IMG/VR virus record: IMGVR_UViG_3300028596_000014
Coordinates: 1-57,632 of that record
DNA length: 57,632 nt
Origin: a virus
Lineage: Duplodnaviria > Caudoviricetes
Direction: 5' to 3' (one strand)
The notes under the pieces were generated by a model. That model was not told the origin of the DNA. It saw only the letters and a list, made by a program, of their open reading frames with translations, and searched no databases. A program made the position numbers and the translations under genes. Shown piece by piece: positions 17,198-24,968 of the stretch. Within the stretch, counting starts at the first letter, position 1. Every line of letters begins with the position of its first letter.

Positions 17198-17560
17198 ATG
17201 AGCAACTTCGCCATCCTGTCAGCCGCTCACCACCGCAACGGCTCGGGAGGGCGCGGCTTCTACGTCGGCGTCATCCGCAAGAAGGTCGACATCAGCGGCC
17301 CCGAACTGCTGTTCCAGGTCATCGCGCTGCCGACCAACGACGACACCGACTACACCGACCTGTCCCTCGTGTCGTTCCGGGGCTACGACGGTCTCGTGGA
17401 GATCTTCGTGACGAACATCGAGCGCACCATCGAGAACGAGACCGTGCAGTTCGGGGTCAACTCGTGGCGCGGCGAGTCGTTCCACGCCGAGGCCATCGCC
17501 ATCATCGCCGCCGTCCGCGAGCAGTGGGACTCCGACCTGCGAGGGTTGCCCCATGTATGA
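17198..17560 (+). CDS. Hypothetical protein, 120 aa
   Basis: RBS GAGGA. Confidence 0.7.
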   Translation: MSNFAILSAAHHRNGSGGRGFYVGVIRKKVDISGPELLFQVIALPTNDDTDYTDLSLVSFRGYDGLVEIFVTNIERTIENETVQFGVNSWRGESFHAEAIAIIAAVREQWDSDLRGLPHV

Positions 17561-17720
17561 CACGCAGATGAACCGCATGACCGCCCAGGTGTCGTTCGGC
17601 CGCGACTACAGCGGCCGGACGGCGCCCGGCGTCGTCGAGCACGTCCCGACGGCCGACGAGGCCGCAGCCCTGTACCCGCGCCGCCCGAAGCGGCGCTCCT
17701 TCTGGAAGAGGAACCGATGA
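17553..17720 (+). CDS. Hypothetical protein, 55 aa (MYDTQMNR...)
   Basis: Manual translation, overlaps both neighbours. Confidence 0.55.
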   Translation: MYDTQMNRMTAQVSFGRDYSGRTAPGVVEHVPTADEAAALYPRRPKRRSFWKRNR

Positions 17721-18331
17721 CGACCACCACCCACGCGCACGAGGACTGGCAGATCAGCAAGGACGCGGCCGAGCAGCCGTACTGCACCGTCTGCGGCGAG
17801 CACCCGGACCCGGTGCGGGCGGCCCTGGCCGCGTACCGCGCCGCGCAGGACGAGGTCCGCCGCGCCGAGCACCAGCGGCAGAAGGCCGCGCAGGCGCTCT
17901 ACGAGGCCAGGCAGCGGGCCGGGCAGCAGGGCTCCGTCGAGGAGCCGATGCCGAACTACGCCTTCCGAGCGCGTATCGCCTACGTGGAGGAGCCGACCGT
18001 GGACGGCCGCGTCATCAAGCCGGGCTCCGTCGACTGGCAGTTCGGTCAGCGCATCCCGGTCACGGCCGAGTTCGAGGGCGGCAACGTCATCGGCCACGCG
18101 ATCCCCTCCCACATCGACCCCAGCGGCGCCGTCATGGCGACCATCTGCGTGGAGCGTGATCTGTTCCAGGACGCCCCTCTCGGTTTCTCTCTCGGCGTCG
18201 GCCTGGACTCCATCGAGGCGGACATCGACGAGGTGACGCAGGCCATGACCATCAAGAGCGGGCGCCTGCGGCAGGTCGCAGCGCAGGCGCCGCAGAAGGC
18301 CTCGTGGCCCGGCTGCGTGGTCACGCGCTGA
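17717..18331 (+). CDS. Protein with a C-terminal prohead-protease-like domain (paralog of the 38037..39599 N-domain); possible internal start at 17948
   Basis: EPTVDGRVIKPGSVDW versus RPTGDGRLIEANALSW of the protease. GAGGAG RBS before ATG 17948. Confidence 0.65.
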   Translation: MTTTTHAHEDWQISKDAAEQPYCTVCGEHPDPVRAALAAYRAAQDEVRRAEHQRQKAAQALYEARQRAGQQGSVEEPMPNYAFRARIAYVEEPTVDGRVIKPGSVDWQFGQRIPVTAEFEGGNVIGHAIPSHIDPSGAVMATICVERDLFQDAPLGFSLGVGLDSIEADIDEVTQAMTIKSGRLRQVAAQAPQKASWPGCVVTR

Positions 18332-18531
18332 TGGAGTGGAAGGCGATCAAGCGCGTGACGGGCGTCGGCCCGGCGCACGCGATGAGGGAGCCCGGCAAGA
18401 CGTGGTGCGGGCGCGTCGACGAGACGCGCGGCAACCGGTTCAGCGAGGTCTGGATCACCGTGCCTGAGCCGGAGTCCGGCAAGAAGTGCATCCACTGCAA
18501 GGCGGCTCTGGGAAGGGGCAACCGTGGCTGA
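18331..18531 (+). CDS. Hypothetical Zn-finger-like protein
   Basis: AH..TWCG...CIHC, TGATG coupling. Confidence 0.6.
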   Translation: MEWKAIKRVTGVGPAHAMREPGKTWCGRVDETRGNRFSEVWITVPEPESGKKCIHCKAALGRGNRG

Positions 18532-18784
18532 GAACGCTACCGAGCCGGACGCGAACGGTCCGTGCCCGACGTGCGACTTCATCGGGCCGGACCAGTTGCC
18601 GATGACCAGTGCCGTTCGCGATCTGCACCGTGCATTCCACGACGTGTGGCGAACGGCAGTGGTCGCGTTCGGCCCGCTGGTCGCCATGATGCAGGAGGCG
18701 GCCGACCGCGAACGGCAGGCGACCAAGGACGCTTACGTCCTGGTCAACGAGTCGTACGCGGCGCACCTGCGCGGCGAACGTTAG
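18524..18784 (+). CDS. Hypothetical protein, 86 aa
   Basis: Overlapping operon position. Confidence 0.55.
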   Translation: MAENATEPDANGPCPTCDFIGPDQLPMTSAVRDLHRAFHDVWRTAVVAFGPLVAMMQEAADRERQATKDAYVLVNESYAAHLRGER

Positions 18785-19014
18785 TGCCCACCATCACGGC
18801 GGCTGACGTCCGGGACGCAGCCGTTCGCATCTGCGAACGCGACGGGATTTCCCTCGCTGACCTGCGCGAACGGGTGCGTCTCGGCGGCATCGCCGCCCGA
18901 ACGAAACCGTGCCAGCAGTGCGGCACGGTCTGGACGGCCGCCCGCGAGGGCGCACGTTTCTGCTCCGGCGGCTGCCGGTCGCAGTGGAACCGAGAGAACG
19001 GGAACGAATCGTGA
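18784..19014 (+). CDS. Small Zn-finger protein
   Basis: CQQCG...ARFCSGGCR. Confidence 0.65.
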   Translation: MPTITAADVRDAAVRICERDGISLADLRERVRLGGIAARTKPCQQCGTVWTAAREGARFCSGGCRSQWNRENGNES

Positions 19015-20087
19015 AGGTCGCAGTAATCCCATCCGATACGGGAGCGTGCGGATACTTCCGTCTCATCTGGCCCGCCGAGGCGGTCCGTAGCGTCCGGCCC
19101 GACTGGACCGTGAACGTTTACCGCCCGCAGGACGTGAAGGTCGGCATGGGTCCCCGGGGCGTATCCGTTCGCGGCCTGGACCTGACCGACCTGGACATGG
19201 TCGTGATGCAGCGCGTCGGCACGCCCCGGCAGGTCGACATGGCACGCGCGCTCCAGGCGGCCGGTATCGCCGTCGTCATCGACGTGGACGACGCGCTGTA
19301 CGCCATCGACCCGGACAGCGGCTCGTACGCGGCGTGGAACGACCGCCGCTCCGCGACGCACTGGTCCAACCTGGAGGAGGCCTGCCGTCGGGCGGACCTG
19401 GTCACGGTGACCACCGACGCGCTCGCGCGGCACTACGCGCGGCACAGCCGGGTCGAGCGCATCCCGAACGGGCTGCCCGACGGCGCCTACGAGGAGCCGG
19501 TGGCGCTCTCCGGGCTGACGGACCACGTCGTGCTCGGCTGGTCCGGGGTGGCCGTGTCGCACCCGCACGACCTGGAGGTCGTGGGCGCCGCTGTGGCGAA
19601 CGTTCTCGCGTCCGACCCCCAGGTGTCCGTCAAGGTCGTGGGAGACGCTGCGTGGGCCGCAGGCGTGCTCCAGGTGCCCGAGGACCGGCTCATCGACGGA
19701 GGCCTGCACCCGCTGAACTACTACCACGCCGCGCTGGCGGGTACCGACGTGGGTATGGTGCCGCTCGCGAACACCAAGTTCAACGAGGCCAAGTCGGCGC
19801 TCAAGGCGCTGGAGTACCTCGGCGTCGGTGCTCGCGTCGTCGCGAGCCGCACCCCGGCCAACGTCGAGTTGACGCTGAGCGCGGGCACGGACGCCATGTC
19901 CATCTGCACGACGCCCGAAGGGTGGGAGCGCGCGCTGCGGCAGCAGATCGCCGCCGTGCGCTGGCACCGCGAGCACGGCACGAACCCCGGACGTGACGTC
20001 TGGTACATGAGCATCCTCGGAAGGGCCGAGGAGTGGGCGGCTGCGTGGGAACGCGCGGCGGCCCGGCGGAAGAACCTGACCCGGTAG
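19011..20087 (+). CDS. GT-B (GT4-like) glycosyltransferase
   Basis: GACGYFRLIWP, VIDVDD, ADLVTVTT, IPNG, GWSG..SH..DL, FNEAKSALKALEY. Confidence 0.85.
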   Translation: MKVAVIPSDTGACGYFRLIWPAEAVRSVRPDWTVNVYRPQDVKVGMGPRGVSVRGLDLTDLDMVVMQRVGTPRQVDMARALQAAGIAVVIDVDDALYAIDPDSGSYAAWNDRRSATHWSNLEEACRRADLVTVTTDALARHYARHSRVERIPNGLPDGAYEEPVALSGLTDHVVLGWSGVAVSHPHDLEVVGAAVANVLASDPQVSVKVVGDAAWAAGVLQVPEDRLIDGGLHPLNYYHAALAGTDVGMVPLANTKFNEAKSALKALEYLGVGARVVASRTPANVELTLSAGTDAMSICTTPEGWERALRQQIAAVRWHREHGTNPGRDVWYMSILGRAEEWAAAWERAAARRKNLTR

Positions 20088-20106
20088 GGCCAGGGGAGAG
20101 GCAGGC

Positions 20107-20259
20107 ATGGCGAAGTTGGGGGACATCTGGGGCAGCCCGGGACGGGACTGCGGTACGTGCGGCGGCGACGGGGTGGTGCTCGGCGGTAGCCGGGCCAACC
20201 CGCAGGAGCGCCCCTGCCCGGACTGCAATCCGGACAAGCAGCAGGGAGCGTGGCTATGA
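20107..20259 (+). CDS. DnaJ-type Zn-finger peptide, 50 aa
   Basis: CGTCGGDG...CPDC, manual translation. Confidence 0.55.
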   Translation: MAKLGDIWGSPGRDCGTCGGDGVVLGGSRANPQERPCPDCNPDKQQGAWL

Positions 20260-20426
20260 GCGTCGTGATCAGGAAGGTCGGCGGCGCGGCACAGTGGACG
20301 TGCACGGTGCTCACGAACAAGGGCGGCCTCAAGAAGAAGGTCCCGTGCGGTCACATGGCCGTCGCGGACTCCGAGCAGAGCGCCCGCGTGGCGTACGAGG
20401 CCCACAAGAGCGAGGTGCACCGGTGA
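20256..20426 (+). CDS. Hypothetical protein, 56 aa
   Basis: ATGA overlap, RBS GGGAG. Confidence 0.55.
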   Translation: MSVVIRKVGGAAQWTCTVLTNKGGLKKKVPCGHMAVADSEQSARVAYEAHKSEVHR

Positions 20427-20581
20427 CCCGAGCGCAGCGCGTGTGGCGCATGGAGGCCCGTGACTCCGAGCACGAGCCGATCATCGGCCCGTGGGAGACG
20501 AAGGCCGAGGCCGAGCAGCGCAAGACGGACGTGGTCGACGGCCACTTCATCCTGAGCGCGAAGGTCGTCCGGCAGAAGTAG
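20423..20581 (+). CDS. Hypothetical protein, 52 aa
   Basis: GTGA overlap. Confidence 0.5.
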   Translation: MTRAQRVWRMEARDSEHEPIIGPWETKAEAEQRKTDVVDGHFILSAKVVRQK

Positions 20582-20593
20582 CCCGAACACAGG

Positions 20594-20635
20594 AAGACCC
20601 CCACCGAATGACGGAGACGGTGGGGGTCTTTCTCT
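20594..20635. terminator. Terminator at the convergence of the rightward arm and the virion operon
   Basis: 13-bp stem aagacccccaccg/cggtgggggtctt with pyrimidine tails. Confidence 0.75.
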
Positions 20636-20662
20636 GAGGCGGCCCGGTGGCCTGCTGCCAGC

Positions 20663-21064
20663 CTACGACGGGTCCGGTGGCTGTGCCTGCTGAGCCGCGC
20701 TGGCGGCGATGTGCAGGTCCACACGCTGCGCGACGGCCCGCAGGTCCGCCCGCACCCCCTCCGTCTCCGTACGAGACGCCTGGCGATCCTCAGCGACCGT
20801 CTTCGCCAACTGCCCGACGGCCGCCGCCGTCTCCTTGCCCGCCTTCGCGCTCTCCTCCTGGAGCAGGCGGATCGCGGTGATTTCGTCCCGCATGTTGGGG
20901 TACTCGGTGTCCTGGTGGCTGTTCTCGGTCTGCCCGAGCACGCGCTCCAGCCGCCCCTTGATCGAGCGCCAGATGAACACCAGCAGCAGGAAGAGCGCCG
21001 CCCCGAGGATCGAGGAGACGAGCCCTTCCCATGTGGTGAGGTCGAACATCTTGGTCAGGTCCAT
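20663..21064 (-). CDS. Membrane protein (one TM plus coiled coil; DUF2746-like lysis accessory)
   Basis: TM segment LVSSILGAALFLLLVFIW, NSH..NMRDEI. TAGCCT-N6-ATG leaderless start. Confidence 0.7.
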   Translation of the reverse strand: MDLTKMFDLTTWEGLVSSILGAALFLLLVFIWRSIKGRLERVLGQTENSHQDTEYPNMRDEITAIRLLQEESAKAGKETAAAVGQLAKTVAEDRQASRTETEGVRADLRAVAQRVDLHIAASAAQQAQPPDPS

Positions 21065-21136
21065 GTTCCGAGGCTAGTTACTGCGGGCCGGTGCGCCTGC
21101 CCAGGCAGCGGGTGAAATTTCTCCCGCCTGACCTGG

Positions 21137-21598
21137 TCAGTTGTCCATGTTGGAGAAGTTGATGCTGCACGAGTTCGTGTGCGTCGCCGTGTTGCAACGC
21201 ACCTGGATGCCGCCGTTCGACTGGATCGCGACGCGGAACAGGTTGGCCGCCGAGGTGGCTCCGGATGCCCCAATCCAAATCAGGGAGACAGGGAACCGGA
21301 ATTCCGCAGGGATTCCGCCGACGGCGACGGGCATCTGCAACGAGTTCGCCGCGCCCCAATTGGTCGTCGGGGAAAGCGTGCCTCGGTATATCACCAAGTG
21401 CCCAATACGCCGCACTTCCAGAGCGGAAGTGAAACCGGCTGCCGCCGGGACGGTTACCCACCCCGTGTCATATACCTGACCCGGGGTGAAGATGATCCGT
21501 AGTTGAAGGATCAACCGCTCCAGCGCGGAAATGCGCTGACCGTAATCCTGGATCGTCTTGAAAATGTCAAAGTCGCGCCGCAGCGTATTCGTCGCCAT
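21137..21598 (-). CDS. Minor tail protein / receptor-binding tip
   Basis: Short coiled coil RISALER then DTGW...RRIG..V..RG...IPAEFR head. Visibly lower GC than its neighbours. Confidence 0.75.
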   Translation of the reverse strand: MATNTLRRDFDIFKTIQDYGQRISALERLILQLRIIFTPGQVYDTGWVTVPAAAGFTSALEVRRIGHLVIYRGTLSPTTNWGAANSLQMPVAVGGIPAEFRFPVSLIWIGASGATSAANLFRVAIQSNGGIQVRCNTATHTNSCSINFSNMDN

Positions 21599-22848
21599 CA
21601 GCAGTCCTCGCAATTCTCGAACAGGCCAGACGAGAGCATGCTCGTGGGGTATTCGTTCACGATTGTCTGGACGGTTACCTGCTCCGGCCCTTCCAGGTTG
21701 ACGGCCACCGAGACGCGGCCGATGGTCGGGATGTTCGAGCCGGGGAACGACGGGCCGCCCTGGATCTGCCAGTAGGGCGCCTTGATGTCGACGTCCACGA
21801 TGTAGCCGGGCACGAGGTCATCGAGGAACAGCGTCGGATCGCCGCCAACGTCGCCGTACTCCAGCCCGGAGAGGTTGAACTGGAGGTTCATCGCCGGGTC
21901 CATGTGGTCCTGCTGGTAGCCGAACGCCTGCTGCCCCAGCGCGATGAGTCCCTGCACGCCGGAGAACGACGGCGCCGCATCCCAGCGCGGCTGGTCGGAG
22001 AACGGCGAGTTGGCCGTTCCGATCGTCGGCGTGCCGTCGTCGAGCGGGTCACCGAAGGCGTCCACCTGGTTGGCGAGTTCGTTGCCGTCGAGGTTGACGG
22101 TGAAGTCGTTCACCGTGTCCCAGGTGATCTTGGGCGGCGTCGCGGGCTGCGTCAGGTCGTCGAAGAACCCCATCTCGCTGTACCACTTCTCGGTCAGCCC
22201 CGGGATCGGGCCGGTGCGGTAGTGGAACATCTGGTAGACCGGCCCGTTGATGACGCCGGTCAGTTGCCGCAGCATCTCCCCGATGAACGGGCGCTCGGCC
22301 GCGAGGTAGGTGCGGTCGCGGTTGAACGCCGACGCGCCGACGCCGCCGATGAGCGGGATGCCGAGCGCGGGCGACGGGTCGATGCTGCCGCCGTTGATGT
22401 TCTCGCCCCGGGCGTACATCACCAGGTCACGGGCGATGAAGTTCTGGCTCAGCCCGGTGAACGTCAGGTCAGAGCGGATCATGCGGAAGTCGAGGTACTT
22501 CTGCATCTCCGCGAAGCCGAGCGTCACCGAGCCGTCGCTGTTGCCCTGCATCGTCTCGACGTAGCCACCGAACATGTTGATCGGGTTGTTCGGCGTCGCC
22601 GCGCCGCCCCGGATCCGCTGGAAGAAGATGCCGACGGCGCCGGGGAACGTATCGACCGCGTCCACGAAGCCCGCGCTCATCTGCGCCTCCGTGCCGAAGC
22701 GGTGGAACGTGATCGAGCCCCGGCCCGGGTCCATGAAGCCGGTCTCGAACTCGAAGGACATCGGGGTGATCGCGTGCGTCACAGCCCCGGTGAACAGGTT
22801 GGTCAGTTCCACGCGCCAGTTCGGCGCGCACTCGCACACATCCACCAT
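21598..22848 (-). CDS. Minor tail protein (baseplate hub / Tal-like)
   Basis: Second gene after the tape measure, 416 aa. Confidence 0.75.
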   Translation of the reverse strand: MVDVCECAPNWRVELTNLFTGAVTHAITPMSFEFETGFMDPGRGSITFHRFGTEAQMSAGFVDAVDTFPGAVGIFFQRIRGGAATPNNPINMFGGYVETMQGNSDGSVTLGFAEMQKYLDFRMIRSDLTFTGLSQNFIARDLVMYARGENINGGSIDPSPALGIPLIGGVGASAFNRDRTYLAAERPFIGEMLRQLTGVINGPVYQMFHYRTGPIPGLTEKWYSEMGFFDDLTQPATPPKITWDTVNDFTVNLDGNELANQVDAFGDPLDDGTPTIGTANSPFSDQPRWDAAPSFSGVQGLIALGQQAFGYQQDHMDPAMNLQFNLSGLEYGDVGGDPTLFLDDLVPGYIVDVDIKAPYWQIQGGPSFPGSNIPTIGRVSVAVNLEGPEQVTVQTIVNEYPTSMLSSGLFENCEDC

Positions 22849-24968
22849 CAGCCGCTCACCACCGCGTTCTGCCAGACGACGTTGACGAACCCGGTGTCCG
22901 CCAGGTCACCAGTCTGCACCGTGATGTCGTGCACGCCCGGCGCCAGCGGCGAGTCGAAGTCCCCCTCCAGGTTGTCCGTGACGTCCACGAAACCGTCGGA
23001 CGCCCGGCCCCAGCGCGTGTCGATGGTGATGACGGTGCCGATCGGCACGTCCTCGGTGTAGGTGAACTGGTGGTTGCCGTACGTGACCACGATCGGCGCG
23101 GTCAGTTCCGGGAACAGCGTGATGACCGGGTAGGCACACAGCGTCCCGGCCACCTCCATGGTGTCCGGCGCCGTCGAGGCCGCCCCCTCGTTGATCCACA
23201 CCTGCCCGAAGTCGAGCACCTGGTCAGCGAGAGCCGTGCCGGTCCACACCAGCCGCCACTGCACGAACTCCGCGAGCGCAGGCGCGACGATGTTCTGCTG
23301 GAGCACGCGCTGCCACGTCGAACCCACCGACGGCGCCGTGCCGCTGTGGTTGCTGATCAGCGTGCCCGCAGCGTTGTACCAGGACCAGTCCAGGCGCGGC
23401 GCCGGGCCGCCGGGGATGTCCTTCCGCGCCCAGAACGCCACGCTGAACACGTCGGCGGGGTCAACAGGGTCCCCGGCCAGGCCCGTGCCGGACAGCGCCA
23501 TCGCCATGGGGGAGGTGGTGTTCGGCGCGATGATGCGGCGCCGGAAGTACGGGCCGCCGTCCGGCCCGCTCGGGCCGCCTGACTGCGGGTACGAGTCGTC
23601 CACGGTGGCGCCGTTGAGCGTCATCGTCAGCCCGGCCAGCGTCGGGTCCGAGGCGAGGTTCTGGCTGATCGCGAGCACGGACTGCACCTGGTCCAGGTCC
23701 CAGAACGTGCCCGGCGTCAGGTCGTCCGGCAGGATCAGCCGGGCGTCCGCCGCGTCGAAGCGCAGCAGCACCGTGGCGCCGCCGATGTCGGACCGACGCC
23801 ACGTCACCTCCGCCACGCGGGGCCGCCCGTGTACGGCGTACGGGCCGTTGTAGATCTTCTCCTCGTCGGTGGCGTCGGGGTTGTGGCAGTCCGTGAACAG
23901 CACCAGCGTGGCGCCGGTGCAGTTCCGGCTCCACTCCTGCGTCAGCCGGGCCACCGCCTGCCGAGCCGACAGCGGGGCCGGGCCGGGTGTAGCCGCGAGA
24001 ACCCCGGGCGCGACGACGCGCCAGACGTTGCTCTGGGCATCGTCGAAGACGCGCGTGCCCGCACCCTCTTCCACGAAGTCCGGGCTCGCCACGACGGTGC
24101 CGTCGATCCCCCGGCGCACCTCGACGTAGAAGACCTTCCCCGCGATGCGCTCCGAGCCCCCGTCGTTGTACGCGCCGACGGCCAGTTCCGGCCCGGCCGC
24201 GCCCGGCGCCGGTGCCCACACCGACGTCACGCCTGCGGTGGTCACGGTCGCGCCGAGTTGCGTCCACGTCTCGCCGTCGGTGCTCGTGTAGAACCGCACA
24301 TCGTGCCCGCCAGCGCCGTTGTCGACGTCGAGCGTGTAGCGCAGCCACAGGTCGACCCCGTTGGCGATCACCGGCGCCGCCGTCGAGGCGCGGGACTGCA
24401 CCGTGGCGTTCGTGCCGTCGATGGACCAGAACAGCGCGAGCGTGCCCGAGGTGTTGATGCGCGTCGTGAACGCGCGCTGGTCGACCCCGACCGTGCGCCA
24501 CCGGCTCACCGGTGCGCTGGAGGCGGCCGGAGTCCAGTCGTCCATAGCCAGGTGGATACGCACGTCCAGGTCACCGGTGATGTTCAGCGCGTCGCGGTGC
24601 GCCGTCTGCGCCCGGCCCGGCGAGATGCCGTCGAGCAGCAGGTAGCCCTCCGGCTGCCCGAGCGGGGAGCAGCCGGGGCACCCGACGTTCGGGATGTCGA
24701 CCTGGAACGTGATCTGGCGCGGCTCGTAGTAGTCCGCGAACTGCACGACACCGTCTCGCTGAGCGAACGCAACGTCGCCGCTGCGCACCGGGGGCACCCC
24801 CAGGCCCGCAGGCGGCTCTGTGAGGAAGCCCAGGGGGATCGTGGGCAGGTAGGCGTTCACGGCGTCCCCGCCGGACAGGCTGATGCCCTGCTCCTGCTCC
24901 GGGCCGTCGATCTGGTTGTACCCATCCCGCCACATGGCGAGACCCCACGCGCCGCTGTTGCCGCTCAT
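22848..24968 (-). CDS. Distal tail (Dit-like) protein with inserted LamG-like and CBM-like domains
   Basis: First gene after the TMP. GLG.PPVRSGD....RDG Dit-like N-terminus with beta-rich inserts. Confidence 0.75.
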   Translation of the reverse strand: MSGNSGAWGLAMWRDGYNQIDGPEQEQGISLSGGDAVNAYLPTIPLGFLTEPPAGLGVPPVRSGDVAFAQRDGVVQFADYYEPRQITFQVDIPNVGCPGCSPLGQPEGYLLLDGISPGRAQTAHRDALNITGDLDVRIHLAMDDWTPAASSAPVSRWRTVGVDQRAFTTRINTSGTLALFWSIDGTNATVQSRASTAAPVIANGVDLWLRYTLDVDNGAGGHDVRFYTSTDGETWTQLGATVTTAGVTSVWAPAPGAAGPELAVGAYNDGGSERIAGKVFYVEVRRGIDGTVVASPDFVEEGAGTRVFDDAQSNVWRVVAPGVLAATPGPAPLSARQAVARLTQEWSRNCTGATLVLFTDCHNPDATDEEKIYNGPYAVHGRPRVAEVTWRRSDIGGATVLLRFDAADARLILPDDLTPGTFWDLDQVQSVLAISQNLASDPTLAGLTMTLNGATVDDSYPQSGGPSGPDGGPYFRRRIIAPNTTSPMAMALSGTGLAGDPVDPADVFSVAFWARKDIPGGPAPRLDWSWYNAAGTLISNHSGTAPSVGSTWQRVLQQNIVAPALAEFVQWRLVWTGTALADQVLDFGQVWINEGAASTAPDTMEVAGTLCAYPVITLFPELTAPIVVTYGNHQFTYTEDVPIGTVITIDTRWGRASDGFVDVTDNLEGDFDSPLAPGVHDITVQTGDLADTGFVNVVWQNAVVSG

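Noticed and set aside
21137-21598. Diversity-generating retroelement target in the tail tip
   Set aside because: No reverse transcriptase and no template/variable repeat pair were seen.
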